DNA of 64,000 nucleotides, from the NCBI RefSeq assembly GCF_009914755.1, contig NC_060931.1. One strand, given 5' to 3'. The DNA comes from the human T2T-CHM13v2.0 reference genome, Homo sapiens. Positions 1-13,244 of this stretch are shown here, piece after piece. A program made the translations under genes and the position numbers. Below the pieces are notes generated by a model, which was given only the letters and a program-made list of their open reading frames with translations, searched no databases and was not told the origin of the DNA. Each line of letters starts with the position of its first letter. Position 1 is the stretch's first letter.

Positions 1-2445
1 ATTATATCAACAGATTGAGGGCCAAAAACCATATGATCATCTCAATAGACACAGAAAAAAACATTGGCAATACTCAACATCCCTTTATGATAAAAATTTT
101 TCAACAAGCTAGGCATAGAAGGAACAAACCTCAACATAGTAAAGACAAAATATGAGAAACATACAGCTACCATGACACTGAATGGAGAATAGCTGAAAGT
201 CTTTCCTGTAAGAACTGGAATAAGACAATGATCCCCACTTTCACCATTCCTACACAACATAGAGCTGTAAGTTCTAGCCAAAGCAATCAGGCAAGAGAAA
301 GAAATAAAAGCATCCTAATTGGAAAAAGAGAAGGCACATTACCCCTCTTTGCAGATGGGATGATCTTATACATATAAAAACCTAAAAACCACCAAAACTT
401 CTTATATGTGATAAACAGTTTCAGTGAATTTGCAGTATACAAAATCAACACACAGAATTTGTAATGTTTCTACATACCAATATTGAACTAGTTGAGAAAG
501 AAATCAAGAAGGCAATCTCAAGTATAATAGCTACAAAAAATTCACCTACAAATAAATTTAACTAAGAAGGTGAAACACCTCTACAACCTCTACAAGGAAA
601 ACTACAAAACAATGATGAAAGAAATTTAACAAGACACAAAGAAAGGGAAAGACATCCCATGATCTTGGATTTAAAAAATTAATATTGTTAACATGGTCTT
701 ATGACATAAACCAATCTATAGATTCAGGGCAATCTTTCTCAAAATAGCAATGTCATTTATTCACAAAAATAGAAAAAATTAATGCTAAAGTTTTTATGAA
801 ACCAAAATAGAGCCTTGAGTGGTAAAAGTAATACTGAAGGTGATAAAATACTGGAGGCATTACACTACCTAGTTTTACAATATATTACAAAGCTATATAA
901 ATCAAAACAGCATGGTATAGTATAAAAACAGACACATAGTCCAGTGGAACAGAATAGAGAAGCCAGAAATAAATGGACATATTTACATTGAAATGATTTT
1001 TATTAAGGCCTCAAAAACATACATTGGAAGAAAGGTAATGATGCTGGAAAATTTAGATATCTATATGCAGAAAAAATAAAAATGGATCCATATCTCTCAA
1101 CATATTCAAAAATCAACTCAAAATGGATTAATTACTTAAACATAAGACATGCATTTATAAAACTACTGAAGGAAAACATAGTGGAAACACTTCAGGACAC
1201 TGGATCTAGGCAAAGATTTTATGGTTAAGACCTCAAAAGCACAGGCAACAGAAACAAAAATGAACAAATAAGACTATATTAAACCAAAACACTTCTGCAC
1301 AGCAAAGGTAAGAATCAACAGAGTAAAGAGACAACTTGTTCAACGGGAAAAATATTTCACCTAAGAAGGGGCTAATATCTAGAATATACAAGGAACTTAA
1401 ACAACTCAAGAGTAAAAAAGAAGCCAGCAAACAACAACAACAACAACAAAAAAAAAACATTTAAAAGTGGGCAAAGGACATATATAATCATTTCTCAAAA
1501 GAAGACATAAAAATGGCCAATACCCATATAAAGACAGTGTTCAACATTACTAATTTTCAGAGAAATGCAAATTAAAATCATAGTGAGAAATATTGTTACC
1601 TCAGTGAGAACCGATACTGTTAAAAAGTAAGAAATAATGTTGGCAAGGATGTGGAGTAAGGGAAGATCCTATTACTGGTTGTGGGGATCTAAATTAACAC
1701 AGCCACTATGGAGAACAGTATAGATATTTCTAAAAAATCTAAAAATAGAACTACCGTACAATCCAGCAATCTCACTACTGGATATTTATCCAAAGGAAAA
1801 GAAATCAGTGGTCAACAAGGTACCTGCACCTCACAATGATTGCAGCACTATTCACAACATCAAAGTTATGGAATAAATGTAAGTGTCCATAAACAGACAA
1901 ATGAATAAAGAAACATGGTTTATGTAAGTGTCCATAAACAGACAAATAAATAAAGAAACAATGGAATACTTTTCAGACATAAGAATGAAATCATATCATT
2001 TCCAGCAATATGGATGGAACTGAAGGTCATTATTTTAAGTGAAATAAGCCAAGCTCAGAAAGACAAATATCACATGTTCTCATTTATATATGGGAGATTT
2101 AAAAAGTTGATCTCATGGAGATAGAGAGAAGAATGATAGATGCCAGAGGCTGGGAAGAGTAGGGGTCATGTGGAAGAGGGGTTGGCTAATGGATACAAGG
2201 ATACAGTTAAATAGAAGAAGTAATTGCTAATGTGTGATAGCAAAGTAGAGTGACTACAGTTAAAATAATGTACTGAATATTTCAAAATAGCTTGAAGAGA
2301 AGACTTGAAATTTTCCTAAAACAGAAATAATAAACATATGGAAACCCTAAATACTCTAACTTGATCATTACATATTCCATTCATGTAACATATTACATTC
2401 CTCATAAATACATATAAATATTAGGTGTAAATTAAATTTTTTTAA
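1..2445 (+). mobile_element. Old LINE-1 (L1MA-type), 3' part of ORF2 plus 3' UTR, degenerate; begins before the window
   Basis: Colinear with L1 ORF2 RT and C-terminal regions (compare 24500-26570 of this window) but with many stops and frameshifts; L1MA-type 3' UTR (gtgactacagtta...atttcaaaatagct...gatcattaca). Confidence 0.9.
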
Positions 2446-3260
2446 AAGAAAACAATAGGAGATTTGGCAAGGACATGGCGAAAGGAGAACTTTTATAATT
2501 TTTGGTAGAAATATAAATTAGTACAGGCATTATTGAAAATAATATGGAGGTTTCTCAAAAAACTAAAATAGAACTACCATATGACCCAACAATTTAGGAT
2601 AGTGAGTATATATCCTAAAAAAAAAAAAAAAAAAGAAAGAAATCACTATATTGAGATCTCTGCACTCCCATGTTTATTGCAGCACTATTCACAATAGCCA
2701 AGATACAGAATCAACCTAAGTGTCCATCAATGAATGAATGGTTGAAAAAAATTGTTGTATATATACACAATGGAATACTATTCAGTCATAGAAAATAATG
2801 AAATACTTTTGTTTGCAGCAATATGGATGACCCAAAAGACATTATGTTCAGTAAATTAAGCCAGGAACAGATATACAAATATCACATGTTCTACATCACA
2901 TATGAAACCTTAGAAGTTAATTATATGGAAGTAAAGTGTAGAATAGTTGTTGCCAAGGCTGAGGAGAATGTGAGTAAGGGAGGGATGAACAGAAGTTGAT
3001 TATAAGTAGAAACATATAGATAGAATACATTCTAGCATTCAATAGCACAGTAAGGTTACTATAGTTATCCGCAACTTACTGTATGTTTCAAAATAACTAG
3101 AAGAGAAGATTTGAAGTGCTCTCAACACAAATAAATGATAGATATTTGAGATGATGGATATCTCAATTAACCTCATTTGATCACTACACACTGTATGTAT
3201 ATGTCACAACATCACTAGGTAATTTACAAATATCTATATTATTATGTGTCAATTAAAAAC
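2446..3260 (+). mobile_element. Second L1MA-type 3' end (ORF2 tail plus 3' UTR)
   Basis: Repeats the same L1 3' motifs (ttattgcagcactattcacaatagccaag, tttcaaaataactagaagagaag, tatgtgtcaattaaaa) directly after the first copy. Confidence 0.85.
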
Positions 3261-3290
3261 CCCAACAATTCAGGTAAAAGACAAAGATTG

Positions 3291-3601
3291 CCCTTGCTAT
3301 AGTTTGCTGAGGATGATGGTTTCCAGCTTCATCCATGTCCCTACAAAGGACATGAACTCATCCTTTTTTATGGCTGCATATTATTCCGTGGTGTATATGT
3401 GCCACTTTTTCTTAATCCAGTCTAGACAGAAAACCAAACACCGCATGTTCTCACTAATAGGTGGGAGCTGAACAATGAGAACACTTGGACACAGTGTGGG
3501 GAACATCACATACCGAGTCCTGTTGTGGGGTGGGCAGAGGGGGGAGGAATAGCATTAGGAGACATAACAATGATGAGTTCATGGGTGCAGCACACCAACA
3601 T

Positions 3602-3667
<66 letters not shown>

Positions 3668-3716
3668 ACAAACCTGCACGTTGTGCACATGTACCCTAGA
3701 ACTTAAAGTATTAAAA
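3291..3716 (+). mobile_element. Short 5'-inverted L1PA (about L1PA5): inverted 3291-3424, forward 3425-3716
   Basis: 3291-3424 is the reverse complement of the L1 sequence just upstream of gacagaaaaccaaacaccgc. TSD aaaagacaaagattg (3276-3290) / aaaagataaaggttg (3717-3731), 2 mismatches. Confidence 0.93.
3605..3664. repeat. (AT)30 microsatellite inside an L1 3' UTR
   Basis: Pure 60-bp AT dinucleotide run where other copies in the window have catgtatacatatgtaac. Confidence 0.98.
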
Positions 3717-4139
3717 AAAAGATAAAGGTTGGATTAAAAAGCAAAACTCCATTATATGCTTTTAACAAGAGACACAACTAAAACAAAAGAGAAGTTGAAA
3801 GTGAAAGACTGGTGAAAGATATCCATCCAAGCAATAACCAAAAGTGAGTAGAGCCATATAAACATAAAACAATAATAAATTTTGAGGCAAATAACATTTC
3901 TGGAAAGGAAGAAATCTATTTTATGACAATAAATTGTTCAAAAAGAGACAATAATTTAAGATCTGTCTTCAAAGCCTCAAAATATATAGAATAAAACTGC
4001 CAACTACACAGATAGTGAGAAAAATTCATGATTACAGTGTAAAATGTTCAGATACTACTCTGTGACTGACAGAATAAATATACCAACACTTCAGTAAGTA
4101 TACAAAATTTGAACAATACAGTGAGAAAATCTGACCAAA

Positions 4140-4745
4140 GAATTAGTTCAGCCATTGTGAAAGACAGCATGGTGAATCTGCAAAGACCTAAACACAGAAA
4201 TGCCATTTGACCCAGCATTGTCACTACTGGGTTATATACCCAAAGGAATATAAATCATTCTGTTATAAAGACACATGCATGTGTATGTTCATTGCAGCAC
4301 TATTCACAATAGCAAAGACATAGAATCAACCTAAATGGCCATCAATAATATTATAGATAAATAAAATATGGTGCATATACACCATGAAATACTATACAGC
4401 CATAAAAAACGAGATCATGTCCTTTGCATGAACATGGATGCAACTGGAGGCCATTATTTTCAGCAAACTAACGCAAGAACAGAAAATCAATACCACATAT
4501 TCTCACTTATAAGTGGGAGCTAAATGATGAGAACACATGGACCCATGGAAGTGAAGAACACACACTGAGGCCTTTCCAAGGGTGGAAGATAGGAATAGGG
4601 AGAGGATCAGGAAAAATAAATAATGGGTACTAGACTTAATACCTGGGTGAGGAAATGATCTGCACAACAAAGCCCCATGACACAAGTTTACTTTTGTAAC
4701 AAACCTGCACTTGTACCTCTGAACTTAAAAGTTAAAAAAATAAGG
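4140..4745 (+). mobile_element. 5'-truncated older L1PA (about L1PA13-16) 3' end
   Basis: ttctcacttataagtgggagctaaatgatgagaacacatggac...ggagaggatcaggaaaaata...gaacttaaaagttaaaaaaa. Confidence 0.88.
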
Positions 4746-4811
4746 CAAGAAAAAATTCTGCTATTTAAACAATAAGATTAAGGCATTATCCTATTCCTTG
4801 ATACTAAAATT

Positions 4812-5075
4812 AATAATAATAATTAATAGTTATTTATCTAATGCTATGTAGTAGTCAGTTATAAGGGCTTTATATGTACTAACTCATTTTATCCTTATAT
4901 AATTCTATGCAGTAGGCACTAGATTATATGTATTGTATATACAAGAAAATTGATATGTAAAGAAGAAGTTACATAAATTTTCCAAAGGCATATATTTAAT
5001 ACATGGCAAAGTCAAGATTTAAACCAAGGCAGTCTAACTCAAAGGGCAGTGTTCTTAATAGAGGCACTATACTGC
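4812..5075 (-). mobile_element. MIR SINE
   Basis: Matches the reverse complement of MIR along its length (ctttatatgtactaactcattttatcctt...gatttaaaccaaggcagtctaactc). Confidence 0.8.
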
Positions 5076-5994
5076 TGAGGGTACATGAATTGTTAGAACT
5101 AGATTTTTATTTTTTAAGAAATGAATGAATTTATTGAACAAAATTAGTAAATATTCATTTCCAGAGGTTATGATTGCCTTAAACTCCTTTTAAATTTTTC
5201 TCCAGAAGCTTTTATGTCCACATCTTTTTGTAAGCTAGAGAGAGAAGTGAAACCTCTGACTACGAAACAGTGTTAATAAGACCAAACCTTTGACTTTATC
5301 AACTTATGCTCAAATCAGCCAAAAATCTAGTCCAAGGATCAGCTTGGAACTGAGCACTGTGGCATGAAAAGAAATGCAAAGGGTGCTTCATAAATGTATT
5401 TAATAATGAATGGTCATACACTGCATTTTAAGGATATTTCTAGTAAGATGTATGTGGATCAATGCCTGACCAAGTGTAGTTCAACAGCATTTATAATTAA
5501 CTGAAACATAAAGTGATGATTAGATTAATGACTCCTATAGGTAGTGTTAATTTGGAAAGTAAAAAAGGCATCCAGAAATCAATATGTTAATGTATATAGA
5601 AACTATATATCTAGTTAGTTTCTATATTCAAGCTTACTAGAATTGTATACAAATTGTCTTGAAATAAGGCTCTTATGTTTGTTATTCTCATGAGTAAGAT
5701 AATAAAACATTGTGACATACATTTACTAAACTTCTGTATTTACTTAGTTGAGGCTTTTAGACATCATATACAGATAAATGAGGTAATCTCAAAATCCTTC
5801 AGGCTTGAAATGCCATGTTTTGCTTTGAACACTTATGCTATATTTCCCTCAACACTTCATAGATTAATCATATTATCATCGCTTCATAGATTAATTAGAT
5901 GGAACCCATTTGCAAAACTGAAACATTGCAGAAAAATGTTTTAAGGAGGAAGAAAGAGGAAAAATTAACTTCAGAATATAGAAAGTATAAAATG

Positions 5995-6915
5995 TTTCCC
6001 TAAATAAAGCTGTTCTGATATATCATTTAAATTCCTCCCCTTAAATTGTCATACCCACAAGCAACAATTCTCATTTATTCCTTTCTTGTTTCCTATACTC
6101 AATTTGTCTGTAGCTCATAACAAGTATGATAAACTGGAGAATGATAAAACACTGCTTATCTGAGAACTTTCTGCAAACTAAAACTGTTTGTAAAAACATT
6201 AGCCACTGCCACATTTTGGAGCCCTACATAAATTTTCTTTAAAACTTTCTTCAGAGAATTTGATCTTGCTTAATCTTTCTGAATAATATTTATATATTAA
6301 TTCTACTTTCCCTAAATTATCTCCTTCCACAACTAATACAAGATATAAGCTGTTTCAAAATGTTTAAAAGAAGTTTATCTAGATCAATTTTAATTATAAA
6401 AGATCATATTTCTGATATAGATATAAAAATATAAATGAATTGCTCAAAGAAAGTTAAGACAGAGGTGAAAAAAATACCTATTAAATACAATTAATGAATC
6501 CTCTGAAACCCAATTACTTGCTCTTTTAAATTTCACAAAAATTTTTAATTCTTTCTTCTGGAAAATTTTGGCACCATTTACATTCTCTATAGTTATTAAA
6601 AAAGATTAAATTTGTCCTAATCATTTGTATAGGGGTTCAAATTGATCAATTTGCTGTTGTCTCTGTGAGAAAACCCTTTCTGTGATTGGTATAATACTAC
6701 ATATTCTAGACTTCATTTGTTTGTAAATCATGCCATCATAAAAAATAAGGCATACCTACTCCAAAATTCTATCTGTCATTTTCTCTATGTCAGCATAGCA
6801 AAAATACTGATTCAGTTTCTGAATCCATTTCCATTCACCTTGTCGTGTGTGGAAATTTTTTCCAACCCTAGTAAGTCTTAATTTTAATGTTTATATCTTT
6901 TTTTCGAGATTTCTT
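5995..6915 (-). mobile_element. Fossil non-LTR retrotransposon RT, non-L1 (RTE/RTE-X 'L4'-like)
   Basis: RT motifs occur in the correct order on the minus strand with frameshifts: HDKVN (6833-6847), IIPI-RKG (6673-6695), NYR (6586-6594), AKIF, ERIK, GFR (6502-6510), IDLDK (6374-6388), KVLKKIYVGLQNVAVANVFTNSFSLQKVLR* (6156-6248), SVLS, IVACGYD (YADD-equivalent). Confidence 0.7.
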
Positions 6916-6992
6916 TAGAGAAATTTTTGTTGGCAATTGGAATAGCATGTATAGAGCTCCTAACCAGCCTTCATTTTAAATTAAAACCCTGT

Positions 6993-7310
6993 TTCGGCAT
7001 GGTGGCTCACGTGCCTGTAAGCCCAACTCTGAGAAGCCAAGGCGGGGGAATCACCTGAGCCCAGGAGTTCGAGACCAGCCTAGGCAACATAGCAACACCC
7101 CATTTCTAAAAAATAAAGTGTAAAAAAATAAAAATTAGCCAGATGTGGTGGCCCACGCCTGTAGTGCCAGCTACTCAGAAGTCTGAGGCAAGAGAATGTC
7201 TTGAGCCCAACAGATCGAGTCTGCTGTGAGCCATTATGGCGCCACTGCATTCCTAGTCTGGGCAAAAGTGAGAAGACCTTATCTTAAAAAAAATAAAATA
7301 ACAATAACAA
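6993..7310 (+). mobile_element. AluJ
   Basis: Dimeric Alu with J diagnostics (gagcccaggagttc, ggcaacatagc), A-rich tail, TSD taaattaaaacc at 6977 and 7311. Confidence 0.93.
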
Positions 7311-7449
7311 TAAATTAAAACCGTAATGCAGTCATTATCTATCATTATATTTACTATGTCATAATACTGTATGTTTTACTTTACATTTCAATGTGCCATA
7401 TTTGCTTACTTCAGATAAAACCCTTGCATACTCTTTATTGCCTTATATG

Positions 7450-10400
7450 TTTTTGAATTACATTTTTTGTTGTACTTATACAATAGGCTCACATTCAGTT
7501 GCAGGAAATAATGCAGAGACCACATCTACTCCTTACCTAGTTTTTGCCAGTGCTGACATCTTGCAAAACCATAGTACAGTATCACAATTGGGATATTGAC
7601 ATTGATACAGTCATGATATCAACATACAGAACAATTCCAACACCACAGAGATTCCTCATGCTGCCCCTTTATAGTTACATCCACTTTCCTCACCTCCTTA
7701 ATCTCTGAAACCATGGTCTGAAAATCTGTTCTCTTTTTTAAAAATATTGTTATTTTATAATATACAGAATATAATCTTGCTGTATGTAACCTTTGGAGAT
7801 TGACTTTTTATGCTTAGCATAGTGTTCTGAAGAGTCATTCAAGTTGTTGTGCATATCAAAACTTTATTCCTATTTTATTAAGTATTATTCCATGGAATAG
7901 ATATAGTCGTGTTTACTTAACCATTTATTAAGGGCATCTGAATTGTTTCCAGTTCTTAGCTATTATGAATTAAGATGCCATGAACACTCATGTACAAGTT
8001 TTTGTGTGAGAAAACTTCACATTTTTCTGGGATAAATGCCTACTAATGCATTTGCTGGGTCACATGGTAGTGGCTTGTTTAATTTTAAGACAATGCCAAA
8101 CTGTTTCCAGAGTGGATATACCATTTCAAATTCCTGTTGATATTAAATGAGTGATCCAGTTTTTCTGCAGTTTTATCGGTATTTGTTGTTATCATTAATT
8201 TTCATTTTTGACATTCTGATAAGTATATAGTGATAACTCATTGTGGTTTTAATTGGTATTTGACTAAAATTGTTGAACAGTTTTTCATGCATTTATTTGC
8301 TATGTGTATGTCCTCTTTGACAAAATGTTATTTCATGTATTGTGCTTATTTTCTAAGTGGCTTGCTTTTTTTTCTGTTGAGTTTTGAGAATTGTTTATAT
8401 ATTCTGTCCTTTCTCACATATGTGGTTTGCAAATATGTTATCTCAGTCTGTAGCTTTTCTTTTCATTATTTTAATAGGAGAGTGCTTCCAAGAGCAAAGG
8501 TTTTTAATCTGATGAAACATAATTTATTCAACTTTCAATTTATAAACTATGCTTTTGGTGTTATATCTAAAAACTCTTGCCTTACCCTAGGTTCTGTTAA
8601 GTTCCTTCTTGTATATTTTCCTAAAATTTTTGTAACTGTACATTTAAATTGTGACCCATTTTGAGTTAACTCTTAGATAAGGTATAAGACTTACATTGAG
8701 ATTTTTCTTCCCTCATTGGATATCCAATTGCTCCAGCACCATTTGTTGAAGAAAAACCTATTTTTTTTTCAGTGAATTGCTTTTGCCCCATATTTCCAGA
8801 AATCTATTATATGTGTGTGGGTCTTCTTTGGGTTTTCCTATTCTGTTCCCTTAATCTATGTGTCTAGTCTTCCTTCAATACTATACAATGTTGATCACAG
8901 GCAATATAAAAAAACTCCTAAAATTGGGTAGACCTATTCCTCCAACTTTACTTTTTCAAAGTTTTGAAAATTATCATATTCTTTTGCATTTCTATATAAG
9001 TCGATTTCAAATATCTTGTCAATATCTACAGATAAATCTTGTTGGAATTTTGATAGGAATTGTGTTAAAGCTGCATATCAATTTGGGGAGAATTCACATA
9101 TTTACGATGCTGTGTCTTCATATCCGTGAATACAGTATGTCTTTTATTTAGGCCTTCTTTGAGTTATTTCATCAGCATTTTGCAGTTTTTAACATAAAAG
9201 TCTTAACATGTTTTGATAGATTTATACCAGAGCATTTCATCTTTTTAAGCAACTGTAAAATACATTGTATTTCTAATTTTGCATTAAATGGTGTTATATA
9301 GAAATACAACTCATTTTATAGGTTTGTCTTGCATTTGTTATATTGGTGAATTCACTTATCAGACTTAGGATTTCTTTTTCTTCATTTTCTTTGGGTTTTC
9401 TACATAAATAATCATGTCACCTAAAAATAGCGAGAATATTTTTTCTTCCTTTCCAAACTGTCTATCTTTTAATTCCTAGTCTTGCATATTTTCACTGGGT
9501 GGAATTTTCAGCACTATATTGAACAAAAGAGGTGGGAATGGATATTCTTGCTTTGTGCTATTGAATCTCAGGGGTAAAGATTTCAATCTTTTTATCATGA
9601 TTATGAGCTTTTTTCATGATGAGTATGGAATTTCATAAAATGCTTTTTCAGAATAAATTAAAAGAATCACAAGATTGAATTATTTTCCATTATCGACTCA
9701 CCTTTACTTACCTGAAATGAACCCCTATTGGTCATAGTGCTTAAATTTTTTTTATATGTTGATGAATTGTATTTGTTAGAACTTTGTTATAAATGTTTAC
9801 ATCTATATTTATGAAAAATATTGTTCTGTAGTGTTCCTTGTCAATATTCTTTCATCTGGTTTTCATATCAGGGTAATAATAGCTTCTTAAAATAATTTGG
9901 TTTTGTCCACTCTTCTACTTTCTGGAAGAGATCCTTCAGGTTTGGTGCTAATTCTTTTTAAAAGTTTTAATGGAATTACCCAGTCTGACCATCTGGGCCT
10001 GAGGTCTGTAGTGATATCTACTTCCTGTTATTGATAATTTTTTATCTTGTCTTTTTTTCTGTATTAGTCTCATTTTTTTTTTCTGTACTGATATTCTCTT
10101 CATTTCATTGATGTCTCATTTTATCTTGATTTCCCTTTGCTTGTTTTGGGTTTGCTTTACTATTCCTTCTCTAGATTTTTGAGGTAGGAGTTTAGATTGT
10201 TGAATTAAAACTTTTCCTTTTTTATGTAAGCATTTAGTGCTATAAATTTTCCTCTTGGCACTTCCTTAACTGTATTTTCAAAGTATTGAGAAGTTTTATT
10301 TTTATATTCCTTCAGGGCAATGTATTTTTGGTATTCCCTTGAGATTTGTTCTTTGACACATAAATTATTTAGAAGTCTATTGTTTAGTTTGTGTTTGGAG

Positions 10401-11190
10401 ACTTTACCGTTATCTTTCTTATTGATTCCTAGTTTGATCCCATTGTGTTAAGTGAATATATTCTGTATTAATTGAAGGGAATACTTGTACACTGTTGGTG
10501 GGAATGTAAATTAGTATAAGCACTATGGAGAATATTTTGGGGGGTTCTTCAAAAACTATTTTAAATTTTTTGATGTTTGGTTTATGTTCCAGGATATGAT
10601 CTATCTTGGTATATGTTCTATTGCACTAAAAAATGTTTAGAGGAGAAAAAGTTACGACTGTCAGTCAGACAAAATATCCTAACTTCCTACACAACTATCT
10701 ATGACACCATCCCAAGGGGCAATGGAGTTGGTGTGTTTCATTACAGCTTGGTAAAAATGGAAGTCTAGGCTCCTTACTTGTTCCTTATGACCGTGAATGT
10801 GGTCAGGCTGCAGATTTTTTTGTGCTGTTTGTTTTAGTGTAGAGTGGTTGTTATCTAAAATTTCTCTGTATTGCCAGGATACCCCTTTCCTGGGCCTTTG
10901 TCCGGAGGAAGTGGGCTTTTGAGGTGTTGTTTATTTATTTCTTGATTTTTGCTTGCCCATGTTGGTTTTTCTGGGTTGCTAGCTTCTTCAGCTTCAAATA
11001 TGGAACATATGAGGGAAATTATAACCCAGGGAACTAACATGTAGATTTTAGGCTCCTGAAGTTCCCAAATAGGGTGCCTTCTCTCCACCCTTCAGGGTTT
11101 AATAATGTTCATTTTGTATATAAATGTTCAAGGACATTTAGTTGGAAGACAAGGGAAAATATGTATATTCTATTTTCCCTGACTTCTGTA
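7450..11190 (-). mobile_element. Old L1 (L1MC-like), 3' UTR through ORF2 fragments to a 5'-region fragment, internally deleted
   Basis: T-rich antisense L1 (ttgcaaaaccatagtacagtatcacaa; ccagcaccatttgttgaa; ttgttggaattttgataggaattgtgtt). Confidence 0.85.
10474..10558 (+). mobile_element. ~85 bp sense L1 ORF2-end fragment inside the antisense L1
   Basis: cttgtacactgttggtgggaatgtaaattagta...cttcaaaaacta, in opposite orientation to its host, no poly(A). Confidence 0.8.
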
Positions 11191-13013
11191 TTTTAACTCA
11201 GAAAACTGTCCTCAAACATCATCATGCTATGATTATGTCTGTCATACTTAATCTGAGAGGGAATGGTCAACTTTCTACAATTAAAATATTCTACTAGGTT
11301 GTGTTGACATAGTTATTTCTGAATAGTGTCATGGTGAAAGGAGTTTTTAAATTTCTATCCTTTACTACTGGACCAAAAAATAGGTACAATAATACTTCTT
11401 TAACAACCCCATTAAGCAAATAATCTGATCCTTAGATGCAGGTGTTCAGGAAGTGGCAGCTGCTTCAGCATTTCATATCCAACGTATCTATATTTTCAGA
11501 TCTTAGAAAAGTAATAATACCCTGCATGAGTCCAGAACATACATACATTTTTAATTCAACATGTATTGTTTCCAGAAAATAGAAAAATAAATAGAAAATA
11601 TCTCCTCTGTTTGGCAAATTGAAATGGCAAAGACACTATTATTTTATTCGTCTTGTCACTGACAGAGAATCTAGAAAGATAACTCTTGTGTTGTAACTCA
11701 CTAACAGCTGATTTTATTGCAAGGCAAGCATTGCTCAATTCCTAGGATCAACAAGGATAGTATTAGAACATTTTTTCCACTATTTTAATAACCACAGCCA
11801 TGTTTACTCATGGGAAAGAAAGGGCAGAAGAAGAGAAATTCCTAGAATCTGTGTGACCATCAAAAATATCATTCCTGTGGGTGACCACAATTTTAAAAGC
11901 TATCATATTCTGCAGAAAAACTGAATAATTAGGGAGATATCTGGCTCCTTTGGTTGAGAAATTATATTCAGAGAAAATTATATAGCTGACTACTGATTTG
12001 GATACTGAGTATGTTTTCTATATATATTGATTTGTATTTTTTAAGGATAATAGGGGCCTGAAATATTCAATTAAATATTCAGTGAAGTATTTAATGTATT
12101 TTTAAAAGCCAACTTCAAAATTATTATGAATCTAGATCCTTATTTGCTATGCTAAATTAGGCTAATAGAAAAAAATAATTTAAAAGATCACTTTCAAAAT
12201 AGAAAACAAATTACAGCTATTTTGTCATAGTGATTCTATTCAAGCTTCTTATGTTGATGTTGAAACAGTATTTTAGAGTACTGTATACCTTCAGGCTGAT
12301 TTTATCCTTATGAACTACAATTAATCTTGGAATTAACTGTCTTTAATCTCTGAGAACGTATTTATCTCTACATATTTTTTAATGTGATGTAAGATTGTAC
12401 AATAAGATAGCACAATAATAATAATTATATTTTTTTGTCTGGTTTTGTTTTTTAATCTTGATTATGCCCACTAAGGCATACATGCTTTCATTGATAATAT
12501 TAATTTAAGGCTAAAATTTCAAATAAAATATTTTTAAAAATCTAAATTTTATAACTGATAATTTCTTCCCTTAAAAATTACTGCCGGGTTATAAAACAAT
12601 CTTGTTTTAAACCTACATGTGGACAATGATTGCTCCCTAGTCCCAATAAAATACTTTGCTTCTCTTAAAGTAACTAAAATAATCACACAAATTGGAATAA
12701 TTAAGCAGCAGATTTTCACAGAATGAAGAAAGAATGATTGCATTCTTTGATCAAAAGTGAATGAAAAACTCATGAAAAAGATTAGTATTATTGGCATAAG
12801 AAATATATCATGAAGTTACCACACAAGCTGGTAATTTACAAATATCAGTGTTTATCAAATTTTTGTGTTCAAGTTTCTTTGAAGCAAAAAACACTCCAAA
12901 TTTATTAGTGCATATAATTGAGTAAGACATAGATTAATTGCAACTAGGCCTACACACTTCTCTTATTCCCATTTCTTCACTATGATAAAAGTATGTGTAG
13001 TGAAATTGCCATT

Positions 13014-13244
13014 ATAATTTTTTTCATTTTAATTGACCCATAATAACAGTGCATATTTAGGGAGTATAATATGATGTTTGGCTACAGGTATACTTTGTAT
13101 AATGATCAAATCAGGGTAATTAGCATATTCATCACCTCATATGTTCGTCATTGCTTTGTAGTGAGAACATTCAAAATCCTCTCTTCTGGTGTCCGATTGC
13201 ACAGTAGGTTGAGTATAGTTAACAATAATGTTTTGTATACTATA
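13014..13244 (-). mobile_element. Short 5'-inverted L1MA 3' end
   Basis: 13014-13187 is an antisense L1MA 3' terminus. About 13185-13240 is the adjoining upstream 3' UTR in sense orientation. TSD aaattgccatt at 13003-13013 and 13245-13255. Confidence 0.88.

Larger units (their letters stand above)
3262..4138 (+). mobile_element. Very old L1M ORF2 endonuclease-region fragment, interrupted by the 3291-3716 L1PA
   Basis: aaaagacaaagattg...ggattaaaaagcaaaactccattatatgc...aagagacac resembles the start of L1 ORF2. Confidence 0.6.

Noticed and set aside
5856-5896. Short direct repeats (cttcatagattaat x2; also near 19930-20010, 46735-46762 and 52854-52884)
   Set aside because: These are ordinary slippage micro-duplications with no further structure.
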